From Nitrospirota bacterium (GTDB lineage: Bacteria > Nitrospirota > RBG-16-64-22), in the NCBI GenBank assembly GCA_016195465.1, contig JACPZO010000065.1, positions 1-55,251 of the forward strand: DNA of 55,251 bases, written 5' to 3'. Positions within the stretch are counted from its first letter, which is position 1; the number at the start of each line of letters is the position of its first letter. The position numbers and the translations under genes are program-made. Positions 1 to 8,710 of this stretch are shown here, piece by piece. Below the pieces are notes generated by a model, which was not told where the DNA came from, ran no database searches, and worked only from the letters and a program-made list of their open reading frames with translations.

Positions 1-414
1 GATCACGTCCATCGCGCGATCAAGTTTTTCGTCTGGCCATTGCGAAATGTCGATGTCCTTCGCCGACGCGATCAACGCCTCGGCTTCGCGCCGCGAGTCG
101 ATGAGTGCTCCCCTTGCGATTCGATCCGCTTCCTGCCGGGTCCGTTCGGTCTCGCGGCGTCGAACCGTTTCCCGCTGTACATGCGGATCCTGTCGTTCGC
201 CGTGATCGTAAAAGAGCATCGCCGGCGTGATCCCGAGAGCGTCCACAATCCCGGAGAGCCCGCACCCGGCCCGGCATTTTAAGAGGACGCCGCGATCTCC
301 CTCGCGGATGCTTAGGGAAGGGTTTTGGTCCGGGTGACTCGGGCATAACGCAGTCCAGCCCGAGCCAGATCGGCGCACGCCGTCTAAACGTTTCAGAATT
401 TGCAACGTTTCCAT
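1..414 (-). CDS. phage/plasmid primase-like replication protein, N-terminal 138 aa (3' end lies outside the window)
   Basis: Absent from the ORF track because it runs off the window. Hand translation from the ATG (complement of 412-414) is open to position 1. It reads METLQILKRLDGVRRSGSGWTALCPSHPDQNPSLSIREGDRGVLLKCRAGCGLSGIVDALGITP..., a C-x-x-H...NPSLS...C-x-x-G-C zinc-binding signature typical of phage/plasmid primase N-termini. Confidence 0.55.
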   Translation of the reverse strand, partial: METLQILKRLDGVRRSGSGWTALCPSHPDQNPSLSIREGDRGVLLKCRAGCGLSGIVDALGITPAMLFYDHGERQDPHVQRETVRRRETERTRQEADRIARGALIDSRREAEALIASAKDIDISQWPDEKLDRAMDVI

Positions 415-453
415 AAAAAACTGTATAATCCCTTTTGACATTCCGGTCTATAC

Positions 454-1095
454 ATGCCACGGGCGTTTTTTTGGACAAAACAAAATATGTCAAAAGCGAA
501 CCCCTCGACCGGAGACCCCGAGCAACAGGCTTGGGATCGCGCCGGGAAAATGGGAATCGACAAGGATTTTTGCCCCCACCTTGTGAATAATTGTTACCCG
601 AAGTGGGACGACGTATATCGAATTCCCGCTTTCAAGGGGACCGCCGCCGCGAGCGCAAAGCGAGCGCACAAGCGAAGACTTCAGCGGAAATATCCGCATG
701 ACTGGCAACAAATTTGGTCCGACCACAAGGCCAGTTGCAAGACAAACACCGGCCGGGTGTTAAAAAGAGAAAATGCGAATTGGTCGGAGGTCGAGATTGG
801 CTCAAGGAAGGGGGACGGTCCGCGCGTGGAAGCGGCGAAGCTCTGGGGTCTGGTTGCCATTTTGCGGGAGCATTGTGTGTGGGCCACTGGCCGCCCGAAT
901 TGGAATTTCATTCACAAAACACTGGAGTCTTTCAAGATACTCCTGGAAGGCAGTGGGCCGCTGTTGTCAAAAGGATTTCACGAGTGGAAGAAACGCGAGA
1001 TGAAACGCAACCCCGGCTACCGGGCCTTCGTCTTAGAGACCTTCATGCTGGCCGCCTACGATGCATACAAGAGGGGGGTATCCGATGGAGCTTAA
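454..1095 (+). CDS. hypothetical protein (no recognisable motif)
   Basis: 213-aa ORF divergent from the primase-like gene. Lower GC than the core. An alternative start ATG at 487 gives MSKANPST. The 3' end overlaps the hicB start. Confidence 0.45.
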   Translation: MPRAFFWTKQNMSKANPSTGDPEQQAWDRAGKMGIDKDFCPHLVNNCYPKWDDVYRIPAFKGTAAASAKRAHKRRLQRKYPHDWQQIWSDHKASCKTNTGRVLKRENANWSEVEIGSRKGDGPRVEAAKLWGLVAILREHCVWATGRPNWNFIHKTLESFKILLEGSGPLLSKGFHEWKKREMKRNPGYRAFVLETFMLAAYDAYKRGVSDGA

Positions 1096-1354
1096 GCACA
1101 CGATTGAAATCTGGCGGGAAGGCCAATGGTTCCTGGCGCGCACCGCGGAACTGGACTTCATCGCCCAGGGAAGAACTCTGGAGGAAGCCAAGGCGAACCT
1201 CGAAGAGGTTGTGAGAATCCAGATTCGGGAGATGAAGGAGATGGGAACGCTGGAAGAGTACCTGTCCGAATGCGGGTTCGAGGTTCGAGGAGATCAGATC
1301 GTCCCGTTAAGGGAAGTGATCGGCTTTGAGAAGGCGACGGCTCTCGTCGGCTAA
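1085..1354 (+). CDS. hicB: type II antitoxin, HicB family
   Basis: MELKHTIEIWREGQWFLARTAELDFIAQGRTLEEAKANLEEVV is typical of the HicB/UPF0150 fold. A GAGGGGGG Shine-Dalgarno lies 6-8 nt upstream of ATG 1085. TAATG overlap with hicA. Confidence 0.8.
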   Translation: MELKHTIEIWREGQWFLARTAELDFIAQGRTLEEAKANLEEVVRIQIREMKEMGTLEEYLSECGFEVRGDQIVPLREVIGFEKATALVG

Positions 1355-1584
1355 TGCCCAGGATCAGCCCTGTCGGTTGGAAGACGCTCGTCAAGGTCTT
1401 CAACCTCCACGGCTGTGAATACCGGAGGAAGGAAGGCTCTCATCACGTCCTCTGGTGCCCAGGCGCCAAGCGCGCCGTCGTAATCCCTGAATACGACGAG
1501 GTCGGTGTCGAGATCATCCAGAACAACATGCGAACCGCCGGCATGAGCCGCGAGCGGTATTTCGATCTCCTCAAACAGGCTTGA
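1354..1584 (+). CDS. hicA: type II toxin, HicA family mRNA interferase
   Basis: 76 aa: MPRISPVGWKTLVKVFNLHGCEYRRKEGSHHVLWCPGAKRAVVIPEYDEVGVEIIQNNMRTAGMSRERYFDLL. This is the canonical HicA/YcfA pattern (GSHH...P.H...I....L...G). Confidence 0.85.
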   Translation: MPRISPVGWKTLVKVFNLHGCEYRRKEGSHHVLWCPGAKRAVVIPEYDEVGVEIIQNNMRTAGMSRERYFDLLKQA

Positions 1585-1952
1585 CCGTTGAGGAGTCCCC
1601 CCGGACGGGACCCGGATATTAAAAGTCAGCGGGGCAGGGGGTAAAACGGTGTGATAATTTTGTGATCAAATCACAGGCTATCCACAGGAACATACCGGAA
1701 TCAGTGGAAACGCCGGGAAACCGCTTTCGCTCGATTCTTCAAGCATTTGGGGAAGCCAGGCCGTAGAATCAAGCCCTTACAAAAACGCCGTTATCGCATT
1801 CGAAACCCGTTGGGACTACCAAGTTTCCACTGTGATTACGCTCGGTTGGCTTCCTGGAGAACCCGCCAGGTTGCGGATAGGGCGCAGGTTTCGCCCGCCA
1901 TCACCGCCTCTCCTTTGATTGGCAGTCCCCCGCAAGACCTCCATGGGCGTCT

Positions 1953-4526
1953 TCAGACGGGCAATCCGGGCTTTCCAACATCCTTCCCGCGTAAGCGGTT
2001 TCGCGCGGCGGCCATGAGGGCCGGAAGGAGCGTGAGCGCCGCGGCGGCAATGGCGGTGACGCCGATCACGGCGACGAGCCCCATCGAATGGATCGCGACG
2101 AAGTCCGTGATGACGAGGGACCCGAAGCCGACGGCCGTCGTCAGGGCGGCCAGGGCCACGGCGCCCGCGACGGACGCCGCTCCCGGTCCCGCGCCGTCCT
2201 CCTCCCGGACTCCCTGCACGACGAAGATCCCGTAGTCGATCCCGATCCCGAGGAGCATCGGCAGAAGCCCGATGTTGACGTAATTGAGCGGAACGCCGAA
2301 GGCCGCGAGGCATCCGACGAGGAGGGCCGAGCCGGCGGCGACGGGGAGCAGGGCGGCGAACGTGTCGGGTACGCGGCGGAACCGGATGAAGACGAGTCCG
2401 GTTACGAGAGCGAGAGAGAGGGCCGACGCGGCCGCGACCTCCCGGACGACCTGGGACTTGAGCCGGGAAAGAACGAGATGGATGCCGGTGACGCTCACGC
2501 CGCCGGACGCTTCGACCAGCCTGCCGACATTATCCAGCCGGTCCGCCGTCCACTCCCCGTCCCGCGGATAGACATAGAGGGCCGCTTTGAGGCCGTCCGG
2601 AGACTTGAAGTGCCGGACCGGCCCGGCGGAGCCGATTTCGGCCGGCGTGAGAAGGGCGGAGATTCCGCCGAAGCGGCCGACGGTCTCCACGTACGGATCG
2701 AACGACTCCGGCCAGGCGATCCCTTCTTTTTCGGCGGCGGCGGAGAGCCAGGACCGAAGGCGCGCGGGGTCCGGAAGCCGTCCGTTCGAGCGAAGCTCCT
2801 CAAGACGGGCGAGGGCGGCGCGCTGATCGTCGGGCATGGGAAAGAACGACGAGACGGACCGGGCGGAATGGAGTGTGCCGTCCGCGACGAGGCTTCGGAC
2901 GGCCGTCTCGACGCGCCCCAGCCGGAGCAGGAGGGTCATGGCGTCCGGCGCCTCGACGACGACCATGAGCGGGTTCTTCCGGTGGCCGAATATCTTCGCG
3001 ATTTCCCGCTCCGTCGCGAGGGCGGGGGAATCGACGAGCCCCATCGACTCGGGCGACGCGTCGAATCGGAGGGACGGGGCGGCCGCGCCGGCCAGGAAAA
3101 TGACCGTCAGCCACGCGGCGAGGACAACCTTTGGCCGGCGGGCCGAAGCGAGGGCGATCCGCTCGGCGCCCGGAAGGCTCGGGATGCGGCGGGGGGCGCC
3201 CCGTGCGGCGCGACGGAGGAGGATGACGGGAGCAACGGTGAAGGCCGCCCCCGCGCAGGCGGCGATGCCGAGGGCGGCGGCCACGCCCAGCTCGTGGAGG
3301 CCGGCGAACGACGTGACGAGGATCGAGAGGAACGCGGCCGCCGTCGTGGCGGCCCCGGCCAGGATGCTCCCGCCGGTCGATGAGAACGTCCTCTCCATCG
3401 CGCGGGCGGGATCGGCCGAGGCCGCGTGCTCCCGCCAGAAGCGGTGGGAGAGGTGGATCAGGTAGTCGATTCCCAGGCCGATGATGATCGCCGCGACAAA
3501 GAAGGTGAAGAGGTTGAGCCGCCCGTAGGCGAGGGCGATCAGCCCGTACGTCCAGGCCACGCCCGCGCCGAGGGTCGCGGCGAAGGCGGCAAGGAGCCAC
3601 GCGCCGTCCCGGAAGAGGAGGCGGAAGAGGAGGAAGACGAGGGCGAAGGAGGAGAGGGCGGAGAGAGCCAGGCCGCCCCGGGCCGCCTCCTGGATCTCCT
3701 GCTGAACGACGGGCAAGCCGGTGTACCGGAACTTGAGAGGGACGGGAGCGCGCCACCTAGAGAGCGTTTCGGCGCGCGCTTTCTCGACGATCCCGACGGG
3801 GCCGGCGCCGGTCTTGAGGAGGACGGGTTTGTCGGTGGTCCGGGCGAGACGGACGAAGAAGATGAGCTGAGTCCGGTCGGGGCTCACGACGGCGCCTCCG
3901 GAAGCGGCGCCGGCTGGCGTGTCCCATCGCATCGACTTGTGGGCGAGGAAGACCTGCCTGAGACCCAGAGGGTCGCGCGAGATGATCTCTTCGAGCCCCG
4001 CGCCGGCGGGGGAATCGAGGGCCGCGCGGTTGTCGGCCATCTGCCGGAAAACGCCGTCGCGCGAGAGGCGTTCCGCGAGCGCGTTGACGCCCTCGGGCGT
4101 CAGGTAGAGCGGGAGCTTCTCCCACTTGAAGAGACGGGCGGCCTGCCGGGCGGGGTTCAGCTCCGCGTCGGTCACGCGGGGGTCGCGGGCGGCGGCCTCG
4201 GCGACGGCTTCCACGAAGGGGACGTGCGGGTCGATCGGACTGCCGTCTTCCGTCTCGACGAGGACGACGATCTCGTCGGCGAAGGCGAAGGTTCGAAGCG
4301 AGTCGCGGAACCGCTGGACCTGAGGGTCGTTCGCGGGGAAGGCGTCGATGACGTCGCCGGAGAGTCCCATGCGGGCCAGCGTGACAAAGCCGAGAACGGT
4401 CGTGACGGCCGCGAAAATCAGGACGAGGCCGCCGCGCCGGGCGAGCAGGCCGACCCATCGGCCGGCAAGGCCGGCCGGAGGCTCGGGCGGCAGGGGCGTC
4501 TCCGGCGGATCCGAAGGGTGCGTCAT
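1953..4526 (-). CDS. MMPL/RND-superfamily lipid exporter (HpnN-like)
   Basis: 863-aa ORF with two 6-TM bundles and the GIDYLIHL / GIGIDYGIFVV motifs of MMPL/SSD transporters. The start is probably the ATG at 4524-4526 (MTHPSDPP), which makes an ATGA overlap with the upstream GT2 stop. The ORF-track start is 4544. Confidence 0.85.
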   Translation of the reverse strand: MTHPSDPPETPLPPEPPAGLAGRWVGLLARRGGLVLIFAAVTTVLGFVTLARMGLSGDVIDAFPANDPQVQRFRDSLRTFAFADEIVVLVETEDGSPIDPHVPFVEAVAEAAARDPRVTDAELNPARQAARLFKWEKLPLYLTPEGVNALAERLSRDGVFRQMADNRAALDSPAGAGLEEIISRDPLGLRQVFLAHKSMRWDTPAGAASGGAVVSPDRTQLIFFVRLARTTDKPVLLKTGAGPVGIVEKARAETLSRWRAPVPLKFRYTGLPVVQQEIQEAARGGLALSALSSFALVFLLFRLLFRDGAWLLAAFAATLGAGVAWTYGLIALAYGRLNLFTFFVAAIIIGLGIDYLIHLSHRFWREHAASADPARAMERTFSSTGGSILAGAATTAAAFLSILVTSFAGLHELGVAAALGIAACAGAAFTVAPVILLRRAARGAPRRIPSLPGAERIALASARRPKVVLAAWLTVIFLAGAAAPSLRFDASPESMGLVDSPALATEREIAKIFGHRKNPLMVVVEAPDAMTLLLRLGRVETAVRSLVADGTLHSARSVSSFFPMPDDQRAALARLEELRSNGRLPDPARLRSWLSAAAEKEGIAWPESFDPYVETVGRFGGISALLTPAEIGSAGPVRHFKSPDGLKAALYVYPRDGEWTADRLDNVGRLVEASGGVSVTGIHLVLSRLKSQVVREVAAASALSLALVTGLVFIRFRRVPDTFAALLPVAAGSALLVGCLAAFGVPLNYVNIGLLPMLLGIGIDYGIFVVQGVREEDGAGPGAASVAGAVALAALTTAVGFGSLVITDFVAIHSMGLVAVIGVTAIAAAALTLLPALMAAARNRLRGKDVGKPGLPV

Positions 4527-5203
4527 TTCGTCCCGGCGGACCATAGGTGATGGACGAGGACCTTGATGACGCGGGCCGTCGCGGGAAGGGCGCGCATCTT
4601 GGACGTGACCGCGCCGTCCATGTAGTTGACCTCGATGGGGACGGACGCGATCCTGAGTCCTTGCCGGGCGGCCTTGAGGATCATTTCCGTCTCGATCTCG
4701 TATCCGTCCGACTCGAGCCGCACCTCGGAGAAGAAACGCTTCGACAGGAGGCGGAATCCGGACTGCGTGTCGGGAAGGTCGAGGCCGGCGACAACGCCGA
4801 CCCAGAAGTTCGTGCAGAGGTTTCCGAAGCGGCGGAGAAAGCGGGTATGCCGGGCGAGGCCCGCCCGCTCGCCGATGACGAGGTCCGCACCTGTTCTCCG
4901 CATGGCCTCGACGAGGTGAACGGCCTCGTCGGCTTTGTGCTGGAGATCGCTGTCCATCGTGAGGACGGCGTCGAAGCCGCCTCCGGCGAGGTGGTCGAAT
5001 CCCGTCCGAAGGGCCGCTCCCTTTCCTCTGTTCCGCTCGTGGCGAAGGACCGTCGCGCCCGACTCCCGAACGGCGGCGGCTGTTCCGTCCGTCGAACCGT
5101 CGTCGACGACGACGATCTCCGCGACGAACGGGCGGACTTCGCGCAGGACGGCCGCGATGGTCTTCTCCTCGTTGTATGCCGGAATGAGGGCGGCGATCTT
5201 CAT
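4523..5203 (-). CDS. family 2 glycosyltransferase
   Basis: MKIAALIPAYNEEKTIAAVLREV...VVDDGSTDGT...DSDLQH shows the GT2 (DPM1-like) signature. The in-frame upstream extension in the ORF track is Arg/Pro-rich and was rejected. ATGA overlaps at both ends. Confidence 0.85.
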   Translation of the reverse strand: MKIAALIPAYNEEKTIAAVLREVRPFVAEIVVVDDGSTDGTAAAVRESGATVLRHERNRGKGAALRTGFDHLAGGGFDAVLTMDSDLQHKADEAVHLVEAMRRTGADLVIGERAGLARHTRFLRRFGNLCTNFWVGVVAGLDLPDTQSGFRLLSKRFFSEVRLESDGYEIETEMILKAARQGLRIASVPIEVNYMDGAVTSKMRALPATARVIKVLVHHLWSAGTK

Positions 5204-6060
5204 CGTTCCGGCCCTTCGGGAAGCGCGTTCGGGTCGAGAGCGTCGAGGATCGCCCCGATGGGGGCGAACCGGAAATCGGAGAGGAGCCGCCCCAGCTTCT
5301 CCCGCGCCGCGCCGATCCTCGCGTAGTGGACGAAGCGCTTGACGGCGCCGAGCTGTACGCGGGGCGGGTCGGGATCCATCTCCCAGGGGTGGACGTAGAC
5401 GAGGGCGGGAACCCCCCGGTCGTTGAGTTCGCGGATCAACCGGGCGATCGTTTTGTACGGCAGAAGACGAAGATGCAGGCCGCCGGAGAAAGGAAGGTTC
5501 TCGCCGAGGGTCCGCCGGACGGGCGGCGTCCACTCGACGAGCGAGCGGCCGTTTGCGGAAGAAACGCGCCAGAGACCCGGGCGGGCGGCGGGCATGCCGA
5601 CGATCCGGATGGGGTAGATGCTGGAGTCGTACCGAAACCCGCGCCGTGCGAGGACATCGAGCGCCCAGAGGGAATCCGCCCGGATGGACCATTCGGGGGC
5701 GCGGAAGCCGCGGACGTCTTCCGCTCCCTGTTCCTTGAGGATGCCGACGGAACGATCGAGGTCCGCCCCGAACTCCTCCGGTGACATCTTATAAACCTGC
5801 TTGTGCGAATAGCCGTGCGAGGCGATCTCGTGGCCCGCCGAGAGGATGGACGGGACAGCCCGGGGCGTCCGGGCGGCGGCGTCGCCCAGGACGAAGAACG
5901 TGGCGCGCGCGGCCGCCTTCGCGAGGTCGTCGAGCAGAACGTCGAGGCCGATCATGAGGCGCGAGGGAAGAGACGGCCAGTCGGTTGGCGCGATGAACGG
6001 CTCCGCGTCGCAGATGTGGTACCACTCCTCGACGTCCACCGTAAGGGCGTTCGTGATCAT
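5200..6060 (-). CDS. polysaccharide deacetylase family protein (CE4, DUF3473-type)
   Basis: MITNALTVDVEEWYHICD...ATFFVLG...EIASHGYSH are NodB/CE4 motifs. The start at 6058-6060 makes an ATGA overlap with the upstream KS-like stop. Confidence 0.8.
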   Translation of the reverse strand: MITNALTVDVEEWYHICDAEPFIAPTDWPSLPSRLMIGLDVLLDDLAKAAARATFFVLGDAAARTPRAVPSILSAGHEIASHGYSHKQVYKMSPEEFGADLDRSVGILKEQGAEDVRGFRAPEWSIRADSLWALDVLARRGFRYDSSIYPIRIVGMPAARPGLWRVSSANGRSLVEWTPPVRRTLGENLPFSGGLHLRLLPYKTIARLIRELNDRGVPALVYVHPWEMDPDPPRVQLGAVKRFVHYARIGAAREKLGRLLSDFRFAPIGAILDALDPNALPEGPER

Positions 6061-7457
6061 CAACCCATCCCATTTGTGAAGAGGGCCGCGGCCGCGTGTC
6101 CGCTCGCGCTCGTCGCGACGACGAGGAGCGTCCGGCCGCGGGTCGGCGTCGGCTGTGCCGTGAGAGGAACGAGAGCTTCGCGCGCGCGCGGTCCCGGAAG
6201 ACTCGCCGGCCAGAATCCCCGCCGTCCGCATTCGAGGACGATGAGGGCCGACATCAGGTTCGTCGATCCGAAACTCTCCCCCATGATACCGCGAAGCGAG
6301 ATCACGGGCACACGGTCTTTGAAAACCCGCCGGACCGCCTCCGCTTCGGCCGCGTCGGTTGCGCGGATCCCCGTTCCCGCGAGGATTCCGTCGATTTCTT
6401 CCGGGTTCAAGCCCGACTGAGCCAGCGCGTCCTCGATGGCGCGGGCGATCGTACGCGCTCCGGCCAGAGATTCATGCTCGAACGATTCGCCGATGCCGAC
6501 GAGATAGGCAGGGAGAGCATTCGTTTCTTCACGGGCGCTTGGTCCGGCGCTATGGAGGGAGCGGGTCCTGTCCTCGGACAGCCCCATCGTTCTCACGGCG
6601 TCCGCCGTTCCGAGCGATGGGGCGCCCCGTCCTCGGCCACCCGCTCCAGCGTTCTGGAGAGAACGGGTCTTATCTTCGAGGGCTGAATCTGTTCCCGCGC
6701 TTTCAAGAACGACGAACGCCGCGCCTTCTCCCAGGGCGGTCCCGTCGGCCATGGGATGAAAGGGAAGGGGCGTCCGCCCCGAGAGGAGGCCGGCTGTTCC
6801 GAGAGCGCGGGCGAGCGTTTCGTCGGCGTCCCCGGCGGCGCCGGCGACGACGGCGTCCGCATCGCCCTCTTCGAGCATTTCCGCGGCTCGCGCGAGAGAC
6901 GAAAGATCGGACGCGCTCCCCGCCGAGACGGTGAGCGTCGGCCCCGCGGCGGGAAGGAAGATCGAGAGAGCGCCGGCGACGGCGGACGGCGTCGTAAGGG
7001 GAAAGAGGAGCGGACTGACCATCCGCGGCCCAAGGTCCAGCGCGTCGGAAAAGAACGCGGCGTTGACGCCCGTCGTGGCGTAGCCGATTCCGCACGAGAT
7101 CCCGATTCGGTCGGGAGGGAGACGGTTGAGGCCGGCGGCGTCGTATGCGTCCCGCGCGGCGACGAAGGCGAAGGAGGTTGGGCGGTCGAGAATTCGGAAC
7201 CGGTCAGGGTCTATGGAGACGAAGTCCTCGGCATTGAACGGACCCAGCCGAAACGAGGGCGCGCCGAACTCCGCCACGGCGATCTTCCCCCTCACCCTCC
7301 CCTCTCCCCCTTCGAGGGGGAGAGGACAAAGGTGAGGGGGCGGGTTCGATGCGGGCCTCGCTTCTTCGGGAGCCGCGGAGAGAATCCTCGTGGCGATCTC
7401 CGAAGGGGTCCGTCCCAGGGGAGAGACGATCCCGGTACCCGTGACCTTCATCTTCAT
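6060..7457 (-). CDS. beta-ketoacyl synthase-like protein lacking the catalytic Cys, with two insertions
   Basis: MKMKVTGTGIVSPLG shows a KS N-terminus. The site equivalent to ACASG reads SAGSAS, so there is no Cys. It carries an 18-codon palindromic insert and a roughly 60-aa insert with a duplicated motif. ATGA overlap with the upstream KS. Confidence 0.7.
   Translation of the reverse strand: MKMKVTGTGIVSPLGRTPSEIATRILSAAPEEARPASNPPPHLCPLPLEGGEGRVRGKIAVAEFGAPSFRLGPFNAEDFVSIDPDRFRILDRPTSFAFVAARDAYDAAGLNRLPPDRIGISCGIGYATTGVNAAFFSDALDLGPRMVSPLLFPLTTPSAVAGALSIFLPAAGPTLTVSAGSASDLSSLARAAEMLEEGDADAVVAGAAGDADETLARALGTAGLLSGRTPLPFHPMADGTALGEGAAFVVLESAGTDSALEDKTRSLQNAGAGGRGRGAPSLGTADAVRTMGLSEDRTRSLHSAGPSAREETNALPAYLVGIGESFEHESLAGARTIARAIEDALAQSGLNPEEIDGILAGTGIRATDAAEAEAVRRVFKDRVPVISLRGIMGESFGSTNLMSALIVLECGRRGFWPASLPGPRAREALVPLTAQPTPTRGRTLLVVATSASGHAAAALFTNGMG
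7286..7339. repeat. in-frame double-stem palindromic mini-element (CCCCCTCACC...CCTCTCCCCC ttcga GGGGGAGAGG...GGTGAGGGGG)
   Basis: The inner 10-bp stem pairs 7300-7309 with 7315-7324. The outer 10-bp stem pairs 7286-7295 with 7330-7339. The element is 54 nt (18 codons) inside the KS-like CDS. A related half-copy lies at 41607-41653. Confidence 0.8.
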
Positions 7458-8710
7458 GCGTCGGCCCGACCGAGAAGGAGGGCGGCGTTGTGGCCCATGA
7501 AGCCGGCCGAGATGGAGAGAACGTGCGACAGGGAGCGTTGCTCCCACGACCGGATGACGTTGAGGCCGCAGGCCGGATCGGGTTCTTCAAAGCCGGGCGT
7601 GGGCGGAAGGGTCTGCCGGGCGAGGGCCAGGAGAGAAGCGATGGTCTCGATCGCGCCGGAAGCCGCGAGGGCGTGTCCCGTCAGGGGTTTTACCGCCGAG
7701 ACGGGGACGGCGGCCGCGCGGTCTCCAAAAACCCGGTGAACGGCGGCGGACTCCGCGAGATCGTTGTGGACCGTGGCCGTGGCGTGTGCGTTGATCGCGT
7801 CTACGTCGGCTGGGAACAGAGCCGCGTCCCTGATGGCGGCGTTCATGGCGCGGGCAAGTCCGGAGCCGGTGAGATCGGGCTTTACCATTCCGGTTGCGTC
7901 GGCGGACGCGCCGTATCCAAGAATCGTCCCGAAGAGATTGGCGCCGCGCCTCCTTGCCGAGGAGAGACGTTCGAGGACGACGAACGCGGCCCCTTCGCCG
8001 AGGAGAAAGCCGCTCCGCCGCCGGTCGAAGGGACGGATCGCGTCCGAGGTAAGAAGCTTGAGGGCCGAGAAGCCGCTCGCGGCGAAGAGGGAGAGGGCCT
8101 CGGCCCCTCCTGCGAGGAGGCGGTCCGCCTTGCCGCTCCGGATCATCCGGAAGGCGAGGCCGACGGCCGTCGTCCCTGACGCGCAGGCCGTGTTGACGGT
8201 CAGGTTGACGGGAGAGAGCTTGAGTTCCCGCGCGACGGCGAGCGCGGCCGACTCCGGCGCCGCTCTGCACGGGAGGTCCGCGCCGGTCGAAGCGGATGAC
8301 CGCGTCTTGCGGAGGAAGGTCTCTCCCGAACGGATCCCGCCCGTGACGGTCCCGAGGACGACGCCGGTCCGCTCTCCGCCGGGGGAGTCCCCAGAGGAGG
8401 TCCACGCTTCCACCGCGGCGAGGAGCGCGAGTTTCTGGACGCGGTCGAGCGATGAGAAGGTTTTGTCGGCGGCGCGAGCCGCGAGGTCAAGCGAAGGAGA
8501 CGAAGGGACGCGGGGTTGGCCTTCGGGAAGATCGGCGACTTCGCCGCCCAGGAGGGTGTGGTCGGGGAGGGCGAACCCCGTTGTGTCGAAAGACCGGATG
8601 GGACGGATCCCCGGCTTCCCTTCGAAGAGGCCGGCCGCGAACGCTTCGATTCCCACTCCCGCGGCGCACGCGATCCCCATTCCCGTGACGACGACAGGCT
8701 CGGGCGTCAT
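7454..8710 (-). CDS. beta-ketoacyl-ACP synthase (KS with a Cys-His-His triad)
   Basis: MTPEPVVVTGMGI, TVNTACASGTTAVG, NAHATAT and LTGHALAASG together make a complete KAS I/II-type active site. ATGA overlaps at both ends. Confidence 0.8.
   Translation of the reverse strand: MTPEPVVVTGMGIACAAGVGIEAFAAGLFEGKPGIRPIRSFDTTGFALPDHTLLGGEVADLPEGQPRVPSSPSLDLAARAADKTFSSLDRVQKLALLAAVEAWTSSGDSPGGERTGVVLGTVTGGIRSGETFLRKTRSSASTGADLPCRAAPESAALAVARELKLSPVNLTVNTACASGTTAVGLAFRMIRSGKADRLLAGGAEALSLFAASGFSALKLLTSDAIRPFDRRRSGFLLGEGAAFVVLERLSSARRRGANLFGTILGYGASADATGMVKPDLTGSGLARAMNAAIRDAALFPADVDAINAHATATVHNDLAESAAVHRVFGDRAAAVPVSAVKPLTGHALAASGAIETIASLLALARQTLPPTPGFEEPDPACGLNVIRSWEQRSLSHVLSISAGFMGHNAALLLGRADA

Noticed and set aside
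20-493. A 157-aa minus-strand ORF from the track
   Set aside because: It is an Arg/Gly/Pro-rich, low-complexity translation. A different minus-strand frame over the same DNA gives a clean primase-like zinc-binding N-terminus (feature 1..414).
1780-1860. A possible tRNA or tRNA fragment as an integration site (GGGTTTCGAAT on the minus strand resembles a T-arm)
   Set aside because: No acceptor, anticodon or D-arm pairing could be drawn around it. The T-loop match is imperfect.
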